Positions 38,720-49,176 of a DNA stretch of 64,000 bases are shown piece after piece. The notes under the pieces are model-generated. The model saw only the letters and a program-made list of their open reading frames with translations, had not been told where the DNA came from and did not search any database. Location of the stretch: the NCBI GenBank assembly GCA_023957315.1, contig JAMLHE010000018.1, positions 1,616-65,615 of the forward strand, in the 5' to 3' direction. The translations under genes were made by a program, and so were the position numbers. Source of the DNA: Candidatus Kapaibacterium sp. (GTDB taxonomy: Bacteria; Bacteroidota; Ignavibacteria; Kapaibacteriales; UBA2268). Each line of letters begins with the position of its first letter. Position 1 is the stretch's first letter.

Positions 38720-41479
38720 TTACTCCTTCACAAATATTTGCACATCTTCGCCGATTTTTACGAAGTAAACACCGCGAGTGAGATGCGAAATATCAATTCT
38801 TAAATTGCCGCTCCCTGAGCCTGTCGAAGGGTGAGGAGTGGTCATTACACATTCACCAAGCGTGTTGAAGATTTTTATTTCAGCAGTTTCATCAACCCTA
38901 CGGTTAACCGTAGGGTTGATAGAGGTGTAGCTTATTTCGATGTAATCAGTTGCCGGATTTGGGAATAAAAGCGTTAAGTTGCTCCAATCTTCAACACTTG
39001 TCGGCAAACCATTGCCCAAGAATTCCACTTGAACTGTACTGTCAATGCGCTCGAATACAAAATATGCTTGGCAATCAATTTCGCCTTCGTATTTCGGCGA
39101 AAATGTCATAGTGATGTATTCTAATGATGATTCGTCAATTGTGAAAGGTAATGTCGGTTGCACCAATTCGAACGAGCTTTCCGATTCATTGCATTCCATC
39201 ACAATATCAACAATTTTGACTTTGTAATTGCTTTGGTTAAGCATGGTGAACTCGCGACTGTCGGATTCGCCTATTTCGAGCGTCCCGAAAAATACTGATT
39301 TCCTGTTAGTAATGACGTGGAATATTCCTCCGAACGAATAAAGGTTGAATAATCCGGCATCTGTAATCGAATTCGTAAAGAATTTAAGATGTGCCGAAAT
39401 GGAACCTGAAATCGTCGGAGTACATTTAACTGATAATGCTAAAGAATCATTCGGCAGTATTGTCACCGAATCCCCGGGAGCGAGTATCTCAAATTGGTCA
39501 ATATTCAATCCACCGATTCTAATGCTATCTATCAATAAATCAGCATCGCCAACATTATGAATAATAAATGAGGTTGTGTCAAGTACGTAACCTAATGGAA
39601 TTACGTCAAAATTGATGTTTGATGCTGAATATTTCATTCTTGCACCCGGTTGGGGCAATAATACCGACACTTTTATAATAATCGAATTTACTTCGCCACA
39701 ACTATTTTTCAAACGACACTGATAATTACCACTGTCATCTTCAACGGAATTTTCAATGATATATTCCGGTGTGTTGGCACCCTCGATAATAACATTGTTT
39801 TTATACCATTGATACGAATCTGCATCTTCGGCAGTTACTCGTAATGTAACCGTTTCGCCCACAACAACTTGTTGGATATTTGTCTGAGAAGTGATTTTAG
39901 GTAGAGGGTCAACCTTAATTGTCGCTTTGTTGCTTTGGATAGTACCGCAAGGATTTCTGACTTCGCAATAATATTCACCGGCGTTTGAAGGTGTCAAATT
40001 TGTAACAGACAAATTAGGGCTGTTCGTTCCAATTTTACTGCCATTATGGTACCAAGTGTAGATTAGTTCGAGCCCGGTTGCTGTAACGCTAAGGTTAAGG
40101 TTCTGTTTTTCGCATAATGTTTGCGAGCTTGGCTGTTTTGTTAAAGTTGGGACGCTGTTTAAGGCTAATTTTGCAATATTAGTAGTAATCGGTGCGCCGC
40201 AATATCCTGTCACCTTGCAAGTGTAATTGCCGACGTCTTCAGCGCGAACCGACGAAATTACATACGAATCACTTTTTGCATCTTTAATTTCAGAATTATT
40301 TTTATACCATTGGTATGTTACCGAATATCCGTCAGCTTCGACGTAAAAGGCGACCTCTTCACCAATACAAGCGTTATAAGAAGATGGTTGTTGAAGTATT
40401 TTAGTGCTTCCTCTGACAAGAATTTCAGCATCCTTAGTCGGCATGATTATGTTGCATGAGGAACTAAGCAACACTCCGTAATGTCCATCGCTATTTTCTT
40501 GAACATTTTTAATTGTATAAACCGAATCCGTTGCTCCGGGTATTGGATGCCCATTTTTTCGCCATTGGTATTTTATACCTGTGCCTTCGACTTCGACCCA
40601 CATCTTATAATCATCACCTACGCATAATGTTGCCGGAATCGGGTCTTTTGTGATAGTGAAATTACCGAAAATGCCAAATCTATCCGATATTGTCGCAACA
40701 GTAGCATCATTGACATCAGAAATCTTCAATTTATAATTGTCACCTTGCTTAAATCCTGCCGGAACATCCCACACATAAGCACCGCCCACAGCATTGAAAT
40801 TGCTAACAATCATAAATGACCACGTGTTGCCTCCATCACTCGATAGCTCGATATTGACATGAGTAATGCCGGCTAAAGACCATCGTATATAAGCTTTATT
40901 GTTGACACAAAAATCGATTCCCGATTTTGGCTCGGTGATAGTAATGCCTTTTACAATCACCTCTATAGGTTCCATCCAATTCCATTGTTCAGAGGTTTGA
41001 GCTTTGTCATCTAAATCTACGCCGCAACCGATAGCCCTTAAGTAATATTTCCCGGGTACTTTTGGGGCTTTCCAAGTAAAACCGAATTCAGCGTATCCAT
41101 TGGACATTTCCTTTGGGGTTGAATGAGTTATTTCTCCTCCAATTGTTTTTGTACCGCTTACGGCGCTTATGGTTCCCGTGTTGTCTTCGCCTGTTATCGA
41201 AGTCTTAATAGCGGCATTTACTCCGGCTCCTGCAGCGGTAGAATGTGCTACTTTGATAGTAATTGAAGCAGATTCTTCCGGTTTAAAGATAAAGTTCCCT
41301 TTTGAACTTGTTGCTGTAAGTTGAACTGCGGTGTTTTTGGAACTTGCATGGCATCCTGAGCCCGCACATCCCGCAGAAATAGTTGAAGTTCTGGTTGCAC
41401 GACCTGTTTTGGTTGCATAAATTTCGACAGAACCATAAGCAACAATTAGTATTATTAATATAGTAGCGAACTTTTTCAT
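38720..41479 (-). CDS. Large surface protein with tandem Ig-like (I-set-like) domains, ASH-like domains and a T9SS C-terminal sorting domain; N-terminal CX4CH motif
   Basis: 919 aa. Repeated Y(Q/T)W(Y/R)KN...D.G.Y.C modules. CAGSGCH at nt 41348-41368. C-terminus LLFPNPATDYIEISY...GVYFVKIG. The downstream 37374 ORF begins only 2 nt after this ORF's stop codon. Confidence 0.75.
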   Translation of the reverse strand: MKKFATILIILIVAYGSVEIYATKTGRATRTSTISAGCAGSGCHASSKNTAVQLTATSSKGNFIFKPEESASITIKVAHSTAAGAGVNAAIKTSITGEDNTGTISAVSGTKTIGGEITHSTPKEMSNGYAEFGFTWKAPKVPGKYYLRAIGCGVDLDDKAQTSEQWNWMEPIEVIVKGITITEPKSGIDFCVNNKAYIRWSLAGITHVNIELSSDGGNTWSFMIVSNFNAVGGAYVWDVPAGFKQGDNYKLKISDVNDATVATISDRFGIFGNFTITKDPIPATLCVGDDYKMWVEVEGTGIKYQWRKNGHPIPGATDSVYTIKNVQENSDGHYGVLLSSSCNIIMPTKDAEILVRGSTKILQQPSSYNACIGEEVAFYVEADGYSVTYQWYKNNSEIKDAKSDSYVISSVRAEDVGNYTCKVTGYCGAPITTNIAKLALNSVPTLTKQPSSQTLCEKQNLNLSVTATGLELIYTWYHNGSKIGTNSPNLSVTNLTPSNAGEYYCEVRNPCGTIQSNKATIKVDPLPKITSQTNIQQVVVGETVTLRVTAEDADSYQWYKNNVIIEGANTPEYIIENSVEDDSGNYQCRLKNSCGEVNSIIIKVSVLLPQPGARMKYSASNINFDVIPLGYVLDTTSFIIHNVGDADLLIDSIRIGGLNIDQFEILAPGDSVTILPNDSLALSVKCTPTISGSISAHLKFFTNSITDAGLFNLYSFGGIFHVITNRKSVFFGTLEIGESDSREFTMLNQSNYKVKIVDIVMECNESESSFELVQPTLPFTIDESSLEYITMTFSPKYEGEIDCQAYFVFERIDSTVQVEFLGNGLPTSVEDWSNLTLLFPNPATDYIEISYTSINPTVNRRVDETAEIKIFNTLGECVMTTPHPSTGSGSGNLRIDISHLTRGVYFVKIGEDVQIFVKE

Positions 41480-41784
41480 TAAACAATATCCAAATATAAT
41501 TTTTCAAATTTGGTAAAATTAACAATAATTTACATTTGTTCAAAACATATTCACATAATTTCTTGATATTTCTACAAACTAAATAAAAATTTAGATTATG
41601 CTAATTTACAAAGTTAAGTTAGTAAAATTGTGACATGAAAAGTACATATTGCATCGAAAATGTTTTTTTATTGTGACATAATATCTAATTTTTCGGTAAG
41701 TTTGTATTTTAAAAATGATTTTGTAAAAAATTTTCATTTTAATTGTATGTTTTAAATTAAATTCACATTAAACAAAGGTAAACA

Positions 41785-43002
41785 ATGAGTTTAAGTTTAA
41801 TCGGAAAATCAGTCAGTGTATCGGCTACTCTCAAGTTGAATGAGACAGCTGCAATCCTGAAGCAAAAAGGAGAACCGGTTATTCATCTCGGTGGCGGCGA
41901 GCCTAAAACAAAAGCTCCCGTTGAAGCATTAATGGCAGTTGCCGGATTTGTCAATTCAGGAGAAATCCGTTATACTCCTGCTGATGGCATTCCAGCCCTC
42001 AAAAAAGCAATAATCAGGTACACCGAAGAATTTTATAACCGCAAAGTCGAGCCCGAAAATATTATAGCCTCGAGCGGAGCTAAGCAATCAATCATGGTTG
42101 CTCTCCAAGCTATTCTCAATCCTCAAGAAGAGGTAATCTTCCCGGCGCCGTATTGGGTTAGTTATCCGGAAATGGTGAAACTCATCGGCGGAGTTCCGGT
42201 GCCCGTTCATGCCGAAGACGGTTCCTTTTACCCGCGTTTGCAAGACATCGAACAAAGAGTCACTTCATATACAAAATGTATCATCATCAATAGCCCAAAC
42301 AACCCGACAGGTGCTATGTATTCCGAAAAATTCATCGCAGAAATTGTCGAATTTTGCGAACAACGCAGCATTTGGTTGATAATGGATGATATCTACCATC
42401 GTTTGATTTTCGATGGTAAAAAGCCGCTTAATTGCTATAATTACGCCAAAGATACCTCTGAAAATTCTAAGCTAATCGTTGTTAACGGAGTTTCCAAGCA
42501 ATATGCTATGACCGGTTTCAGAATTGGTTGGGCAGTTGGCAGCAAAAGATTGATTGAAGCTATGACCAACATTCAGGCACATCAGACTTCGGGTCCTTCC
42601 GCAATTACTCAAATTGCAGCCGTAGCAGCTATTAATGGAGTACAATCTTCGGTCGAAAGCCTTAGATTGACTTTGGAAAATAATAGAAATATTATGATGG
42701 ATAGGCTCAATTCCTTTGATGGAGTAAAAGCCTACAAGCCGGACGGTACTTTCTATTGCTTCGCAGAGTTCAGCTATTATCAAAAAGATTCCACAAAATT
42801 ATCCAAATTTTTATTGGACAAAGTGAGAGTTCTTACTATGCCCGGAATCGAATTTGGCTTAGACGGCTTCCTCAGACTATCAACTTGCGGTACTGTACGT
42901 GAAATTACAGAAGGAATTGAAAGAATAAAATGGGCTTTGGACCCCAATGCTCCAAACGAATTATATATTGGTGAACGAAAATTAGTGAGGGATTGGTTAT
43001 GA
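41785..43002 (+). CDS. Class I/II pyridoxal-phosphate-dependent aminotransferase (aspartate aminotransferase-like)
   Basis: 405 aa. PLP-lysine motif NGVSKQYAMTGFRIGW; SPNNPTG. Confidence 0.85.
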   Translation: MSLSLIGKSVSVSATLKLNETAAILKQKGEPVIHLGGGEPKTKAPVEALMAVAGFVNSGEIRYTPADGIPALKKAIIRYTEEFYNRKVEPENIIASSGAKQSIMVALQAILNPQEEVIFPAPYWVSYPEMVKLIGGVPVPVHAEDGSFYPRLQDIEQRVTSYTKCIIINSPNNPTGAMYSEKFIAEIVEFCEQRSIWLIMDDIYHRLIFDGKKPLNCYNYAKDTSENSKLIVVNGVSKQYAMTGFRIGWAVGSKRLIEAMTNIQAHQTSGPSAITQIAAVAAINGVQSSVESLRLTLENNRNIMMDRLNSFDGVKAYKPDGTFYCFAEFSYYQKDSTKLSKFLLDKVRVLTMPGIEFGLDGFLRLSTCGTVREITEGIERIKWALDPNAPNELYIGERKLVRDWL

Positions 43003-44654
43003 AATATTTAGATTTTGATACTCCTGCAGTAAAACAAGCCGGCGAACTTGCGTCCGACTATAAACTAAGTAATCACGGTCTTATAAACCTCGATAAAGTT
43101 TTTTGGAATTTGCCGGCTTCGGCATTGTACGAGGAATCAGTTTTCCGTGGCGAAGCACATGTTACCGATGGCGGTCCACTCGTGGTACATACAGGTAAAT
43201 GGACGGCTCGCGCTGCAAACGATAAATTTATCGTCAGCGAATCCGAAAATCATGACAACATTTGGTGGGGTGTTTATAACCGCCCGTATTCTGCCGAAAA
43301 ATTTGGCGTTCTATTCTCCAGATTGCAAGCATTTCTTGAAGGCGAAGAACTTTTTGTTCAGGATTGTTATGCGGGTGCAGACCCGGATTACAAACTTCCT
43401 GTCAGAATTATAACAACACATGCTTGGCAAAGCCTTTTTGCTCGCAATATGTTCATTTTGCCCAAGTCTCGTGATGAATACAAAAAGCACATTCCCGAAT
43501 TTACAATGATTGCTGCTCCCAAATTTAGCTGCGACCCAAGAATTGACGGTACCAGAAGCGAAACAGCGATTGTGTTGAACTTTGCTGCACGAATCGGGCT
43601 TGTACTTGGTTCAAGTTATGGTGGCGAAATTAAAAAATCTGTATTTACCGTAATGAATTACTTATTGCCACTCAAAGAAGTTATGGCGATGCATTGCTCG
43701 GCAAATGTTGGCAAAATGAAAGATGTGGCTCTATTTTTCGGGCTATCGGGTACAGGTAAAACCACTTTATCGGCAGACCCTAATCGTCAACTAATTGGCG
43801 ATGACGAACACGGTTGGAGCGATTCCGGTGTGTTTAATTTTGAAGGTGGATGCTATGCAAAAGTTATCAGACTTTCTGCTGAACACGAACCACAAATTCA
43901 CGATTGTACAAAACGTTTCGGTACAATTTTAGAAAATGTTGTCTATGACAATGCTACTCGCAAAATTGACCTCGATGATGATAAATTGACTGAAAATACT
44001 CGCGCTTCATATCCATTGGATTTCATTCCTAATGTGGTCGAAGAAAAAATGGCTTACTCGCATCCGAAAAATATAATATTCCTAACTTGTGATGCAACCG
44101 GTGTTTTGCCACCTATTGCTCTATTAGATATGGAACAAGCCATGTACCATTTCATAAGTGGTTACACTTCGAAAATTGCCGGAACTGAAATCGGACTTGG
44201 AATCGAGCCCGAAATCACGTTCAGTGCTTGTTTTGGAGCTCCATTTATGGTACATCATCCATTTTACTATGCTGATTTGCTACGTAAGAAAATGGAAATG
44301 CACGGCACAAAATGTTGGTTAGTCAATACCGGCTGGGTTGGTGGCAAGTTTGGTGTCGGCAAACGTATCAGCATTCGTCATACCCGAAACTTACTCAATG
44401 CAGCACTTGACGGAAAATTGGATAATGCGGAATTCAGAACTGATAAAGTTTTCGGATTCAAAGTGCCACTATCATGTCCTGAAGTGCCCGAAGACGTATT
44501 GGAACCATCAAATGCTTGGGGCAATAAAGATGAGTATTGGAACAAATACGATAGTCTTGCCGCACGTTATATAGAGAATTTCAAACTATTTGCGGAAGGT
44601 TGTCCTGATTCAGTTCGGAATGCCGGACCAACTCGGATAGATAAAAAGCAATAA
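42999..44654 (+). CDS. pckA: Phosphoenolpyruvate carboxykinase (ATP)
   Basis: Kinase-1a loop FFGLSGTGKTTLS, IGDDEHGW, overall PckA length. ATG 42999 overlaps the upstream stop (ATGA). The track start TTG 42993 is less likely. Confidence 0.93.
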   Translation: MKYLDFDTPAVKQAGELASDYKLSNHGLINLDKVFWNLPASALYEESVFRGEAHVTDGGPLVVHTGKWTARAANDKFIVSESENHDNIWWGVYNRPYSAEKFGVLFSRLQAFLEGEELFVQDCYAGADPDYKLPVRIITTHAWQSLFARNMFILPKSRDEYKKHIPEFTMIAAPKFSCDPRIDGTRSETAIVLNFAARIGLVLGSSYGGEIKKSVFTVMNYLLPLKEVMAMHCSANVGKMKDVALFFGLSGTGKTTLSADPNRQLIGDDEHGWSDSGVFNFEGGCYAKVIRLSAEHEPQIHDCTKRFGTILENVVYDNATRKIDLDDDKLTENTRASYPLDFIPNVVEEKMAYSHPKNIIFLTCDATGVLPPIALLDMEQAMYHFISGYTSKIAGTEIGLGIEPEITFSACFGAPFMVHHPFYYADLLRKKMEMHGTKCWLVNTGWVGGKFGVGKRISIRHTRNLLNAALDGKLDNAEFRTDKVFGFKVPLSCPEVPEDVLEPSNAWGNKDEYWNKYDSLAARYIENFKLFAEGCPDSVRNAGPTRIDKKQ

Positions 44655-44676
44655 AGTATTTAAAACTTAATTTAAA

Positions 44677-44700
44677 GGGAGCAAATGCTCCCTTTTTTTT
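44677..44700 (+). terminator. pckA Rho-independent terminator
   Basis: GGGAGC-AAAT-GCTCCC followed by T8. Confidence 0.7.
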
Positions 44701-44901
44701 GTGAAATACCGCAAAGCACGATTAGCACTTATTCATTGTTAGATTAACATAAAGCATAAGTGCGTCTTGCACATACATTTTGCCTCGAAATCTCCCAAAA
44801 TGAAAATTATTTAATATAACAAATGCCGATTTCATTAGGATTGAATAGATTCCTTTCTTACATTTGTAAGTTAAATAAATTTGATTGGAGTCCGAGAAAT
44901 T

Positions 44902-47169
44902 ATGAAATTGAGATTTATATTACTGCTGTTTTCAATTTTATTACTCAGTAATCAAATTGTACTATCTCAAGTTCAAGGACAACAAAGGATTGATTCGCTA
45001 TTGAACGAAATTACAAATTTGCGTGATGATTCGACCGGAGTAATATTATTGGCGCAATTGTCCTTCAGTTACCAAGGAATCAACCCTCAAAAAGGTGTTG
45101 ACTATGGAAATATGGCATTCAACTTAGCAAGCAAAATTAAATGGGACAAAGGTATATCGGAAGCATACAATGCCATTGGTACTAACTACATGTCACTTTC
45201 GGAGAATCAAAAAGCATTAGATTATTTCGAGAAATCTATCAAAATCAATATGCGGATTCAATATAAAAGCGGTATTGCTACTAATTACAATAATATTGCC
45301 ATAATGTATTCCAGAGAATATGATTATGATAAATCTCTCGAATATTATGAAAAGGCTTTGAAAATTAATCGAGAATTAGGTAAAAAGAATGCTATTGCCA
45401 GTAATCTATTTAATATTGGAAATATTTATCGAAATAAGTTGAATTATAACAAGGCAATCGAAAATTATTTTCAATCCCTAAAGGTAAATGAAGAAATTGG
45501 CAGAAAAGTCGGCGTAGCTAATAATTTAGAGAATATTGGGTTGATTTATTCTCGTCAGAATATTTTTGATAAAGCGATTGAGTACTATCTAAAAGCTCGA
45601 GATATAAATGCTGAATTAGGTAGAAAGGTTAATTTGGCTAACAACATTAATAATATTGGAGTTATATATACTCACCAAAATGATTACTTGCGAGCAATTG
45701 AATACTTCAACGAATCACTCGAAATTAATTTGCAAATTGGTAATCAGCGTTCAATTGCTAATAATTATAGCAACTTGGGAGATGTTCAGCAAAAAATCGG
45801 CAATTATGCTAAATCTTTAGAATTTTTCCATAAAGCATTAGAAATTAATGAAAAAATTGACAATCCAAACGGTAGAGCCATAAACTATGGTAATATCGGT
45901 ACTACTTATTTGAACCAAATTCTTTTTCCGAGTGGAGACACCAATAATAGAACAATGGTTTTGGATGAAGCTCTGCAAGATACAATTTTGAATAAAAGCT
46001 ATTTTTATCTCAATAAAGCGATTAGTGTTTTGACAGAATTAGACGACATTCACAAATTATCATATTATCACGAAAAATTAGCACTTGTGTGTGAATTATT
46101 AGGTGATTATCAAGCTGCCTACGAATCCTTCAGAAAGCATAAAACTATGCAAGACAGCATATTCTCATCGGAAAATAAAAAAGTATCTGAATCAATTGCA
46201 GAACGTGACAATCAACTAAAAGATGAAAAAATTAAAAGTTTGGAAGCCATTGACCATATCAATGATTTGTACAAATCAATATTGTTTGGCAGCGTATTCT
46301 TCCTCATAATTTTGTTGACAACAATATACGTTAGATTTAGAGAAAAGAAGAAGTTAAGCGAAAAATTAACTTTTCAAAATCAAGAAATTGAGATTCAAAG
46401 AGCAAACCTTGAAGAAATGAACGAGCATGTTTTTTCTTCAATTCGTTATGCTTCTTCTATTCAAAATGCTTTACTGCCTTGGGAAAATACACTTGCGAAT
46501 TCCTTCAAAGAGCACTTTACAATTTACAAACCCAAAGCAATAGTTTCAGGTGATTGTTATTGGTACCAAAGTGTAAATGGAATTAAATTTGTGGCAGCTG
46601 TAGATTGCACCGGTCATGGCGTGCCGGGTTCGATGTTAGCCGTTATTGCTAATACTGCTCTTGATGATGCTGTTGTAAGCAAAAGACTCACCGATACATC
46701 AGAAATATTGCACAATATAAATATGAAAGTTACGGAAGTTCTTCACCAACGAGATTTAGAAAACACATCACGAGATGGTATGGAAATAGCATTGGTAGCA
46801 ATTCATAAGGAAAAATTGCAATTTTCCGGTGCAGGACGACCGCTTTATATTTTCGACAAGGAACTCGAGATTATCAAGACAGACCGCAAAGGCATTGCAG
46901 GTTATTTGAACAATTTAGACTATGAATATAAGTCTCATGTATGTCCGATTCACGATGGGATGAAAATTTATTTAACTACCGATGGTTATGCTGACCAAAT
47001 GAACGAAGAGGGGAAAAAATTTGGTACAAAGAGATTTCTTGAACTATTGAAAAAAATATCAATGAAACCACTCAAAGAACAACATGAGATATTACTTAGC
47101 GAATTAGCTTTTCACCAAGGCAGCAGAAACCAGATTGACGATATTACAATTGTTGGTATTGAATTGTGA
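44902..47169 (+). CDS. Unit 1: signal peptide-TPR-coiled coil-TM-PP2C/SpoIIE-type phosphatase
   Basis: ATG 44902 gives MKLRFILLLFSILLLSNQIVLSQ. About 7 TPR-like 40-aa units, TM SILFGSVFFLIILLTTIYV, then RFREKKKLSE. PP2C series IVSGDCYWY, VDCTGHGVPGS, RDGMEIAL, LTTDGYADQ, QIDDITIVG. A TACATTTG -7-like motif sits at 44859-44866. Confidence 0.85.
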   Translation: MKLRFILLLFSILLLSNQIVLSQVQGQQRIDSLLNEITNLRDDSTGVILLAQLSFSYQGINPQKGVDYGNMAFNLASKIKWDKGISEAYNAIGTNYMSLSENQKALDYFEKSIKINMRIQYKSGIATNYNNIAIMYSREYDYDKSLEYYEKALKINRELGKKNAIASNLFNIGNIYRNKLNYNKAIENYFQSLKVNEEIGRKVGVANNLENIGLIYSRQNIFDKAIEYYLKARDINAELGRKVNLANNINNIGVIYTHQNDYLRAIEYFNESLEINLQIGNQRSIANNYSNLGDVQQKIGNYAKSLEFFHKALEINEKIDNPNGRAINYGNIGTTYLNQILFPSGDTNNRTMVLDEALQDTILNKSYFYLNKAISVLTELDDIHKLSYYHEKLALVCELLGDYQAAYESFRKHKTMQDSIFSSENKKVSESIAERDNQLKDEKIKSLEAIDHINDLYKSILFGSVFFLIILLTTIYVRFREKKKLSEKLTFQNQEIEIQRANLEEMNEHVFSSIRYASSIQNALLPWENTLANSFKEHFTIYKPKAIVSGDCYWYQSVNGIKFVAAVDCTGHGVPGSMLAVIANTALDDAVVSKRLTDTSEILHNINMKVTEVLHQRDLENTSRDGMEIALVAIHKEKLQFSGAGRPLYIFDKELEIIKTDRKGIAGYLNNLDYEYKSHVCPIHDGMKIYLTTDGYADQMNEEGKKFGTKRFLELLKKISMKPLKEQHEILLSELAFHQGSRNQIDDITIVGIEL

Positions 47170-47342
47170 CATATTCCATCTGTTTAGTAACTTATAATTA
47201 TACATTTCATTGAATATAAATATAAAGTTCACATAAACTTTATTAAAGTTAATTATACGTTGTAATGTTAATATAAATTAATTGGAAAAAATGAATATAT
47301 AGCATATTTTTGTAGTTTGCAAATAAATTAGGGTAAACTAAA

Positions 47343-48506
47343 TTGGAGCAGATTACAAATGTTATTCTTGACAATGCCAGACAATTAGGAGATTCTCATG
47401 CTGACGATTTCATAAGTGAAGTTGTTAAAAAGCATGAATTAAAGGAGATTAATGTTTTCTTCAAATCATTGGTTTACAACAACCAATTGCACAAACCCGG
47501 CATCCCGTCAGACTTCACTGACTATGTAAATAAAAACTCAAGTCTTCCTGCTTGGGCTGACAAATCAAAAATCGAAATTGCCCAAAATGCTTTCACTCGA
47601 ATTGGACCCGTTTTCGTAGTTTCCTATTTTTGCAAATCACTCCCGGAATGTTACGCTTGTGGCAAAGGTGCCGAAGTCTTGTATAAAACGGGACGTCTGA
47701 CCACCCATACCCGAAGACGTGTAGCCCAAACTGCACAATTTGTTCTTGATGTAATGTCACCCGGAGGATTGGAAGAAAATGGGCGAGGCATTGCAACATC
47801 ACTCAAAGTTAGACTGATGCACGCCTCAATCAGATATTACTTTATGAATGAGGTAAATCGCGGGAAAATCGAATACGATCCGAATAATTACGGTTACCCG
47901 ATTAATCAGGAAGATTTGTTAGGCACAATGCTCGCATTTTCTTGCGTGGTTATAGAAGGAATGGAACGTCTTGGTTTCACGATTTCTGTAGCTGAAAAGG
48001 ACGCAATATTGCATTTGTGGAAATGTGTCGGGTATCTGATTGGCATTGACGAGAAATTAATGCCGATTGACTATCATACAGCGCTCCAAACTTGGCAAAT
48101 GATTACCGAAAGACATTTTAAACCCACGATGGCAGGAAGTGACCTCACTAATCTATTGGTAGAATTTTTAGATGAAATATTGCATGAAAAGTATTTATAT
48201 GATGTAGTGCCGATTATGATGCATAGACTTTTGGGCGACAATACTACAAAACTTGTCGGGGTTCGTACTCCGAAATTATACAATCCAATTGCTGTTATCT
48301 CATTTATATTAGGTATATGGCTATTGAAATTCGAAAGTCGAGGTTTTATTTCTAAAATAACTTCACATTACGTGAATATGAAACTTATGATTGGTTTGGA
48401 AAAATATATAGCCGAAGGCGAAGATACCGGCATATATATTCCTCCAAGTCTTCGTAAAGATTGGCAATTAGACAATCATTTGCAATCATTATTTAAAAAG
48501 AGGTAA
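47343..48506 (+). CDS. DUF2236/MpaB-like oxygenase family protein (tentative)
   Basis: 387 aa, TTG start (uncertain). The segment VRLMHASIRYY and the overall helical composition recall DUF2236. Family call is from memory only. Confidence 0.5.
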   Translation: MEQITNVILDNARQLGDSHADDFISEVVKKHELKEINVFFKSLVYNNQLHKPGIPSDFTDYVNKNSSLPAWADKSKIEIAQNAFTRIGPVFVVSYFCKSLPECYACGKGAEVLYKTGRLTTHTRRRVAQTAQFVLDVMSPGGLEENGRGIATSLKVRLMHASIRYYFMNEVNRGKIEYDPNNYGYPINQEDLLGTMLAFSCVVIEGMERLGFTISVAEKDAILHLWKCVGYLIGIDEKLMPIDYHTALQTWQMITERHFKPTMAGSDLTNLLVEFLDEILHEKYLYDVVPIMMHRLLGDNTTKLVGVRTPKLYNPIAVISFILGIWLLKFESRGFISKITSHYVNMKLMIGLEKYIAEGEDTGIYIPPSLRKDWQLDNHLQSLFKKR

Positions 48507-48510
48507 ATCT

Positions 48511-49176
48511 ATGGATAATTTGCTAAATCTTCAAAATTTGAATCTACCTCAAATGATTCTATTTATAATTGGATGTATTTTTTGGCTGCTTACATATATA
48601 ATCTATATTAAAAATATCAAATCCAAACAATTTGTAGAGATTCCACTAATAGTTGTCTGCCTGAATATTGCTTGGGAATTCATTTGGAGCTTTCCATTCG
48701 GTAGCTCTGTGGGCGACTATATGGGAACTTCGATTCAAATAGGCTATAGTTTGTGGTTTTTCTTTGATTGTTTCATATTTTGGGGAATTTTGAAATATGG
48801 TTACAAACAGTTCCAAAACCCATTCTTTCGCGATAATTCTAAAATAGTAGCTATCATCACTGTTATTTTTGGATTGATATTTTTCTATACATTTAAAAAT
48901 GCCGGATACGATACAGAAATTGGAACAATTTCAGCATACCTCGACAATATTATGATTTCAGCATTATACATATTCCTATTTGTCAATCATGCCGATAAAT
49001 CGCTCTTCTCATATCATGTAGCTTGGTATAAAATGCTCGGGACTGGTTTAATATCAGTTGCTTTAGTTTGGCATTGGAACGAAAATTATTTTCTGATGTT
49101 CATCACAACGGTAGTTCTGCTGTTAGATATTTATTACGTATTCATTGTGCATAAAAGGAGGAAATCCCTCAAATGA
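48511..49176 (+). CDS. Polytopic integral membrane protein (about 6-7 TM), unknown function
   Basis: 221 aa, highly hydrophobic and aromatic-rich (AWEFIWSFPFG, WFFFDCFIFWG). Starts 4 nt after the previous stop. Its stop overlaps the next start (ATGA at 49173-49176). Confidence 0.6.
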   Translation: MDNLLNLQNLNLPQMILFIIGCIFWLLTYIIYIKNIKSKQFVEIPLIVVCLNIAWEFIWSFPFGSSVGDYMGTSIQIGYSLWFFFDCFIFWGILKYGYKQFQNPFFRDNSKIVAIITVIFGLIFFYTFKNAGYDTEIGTISAYLDNIMISALYIFLFVNHADKSLFSYHVAWYKMLGTGLISVALVWHWNENYFLMFITTVVLLLDIYYVFIVHKRRKSLK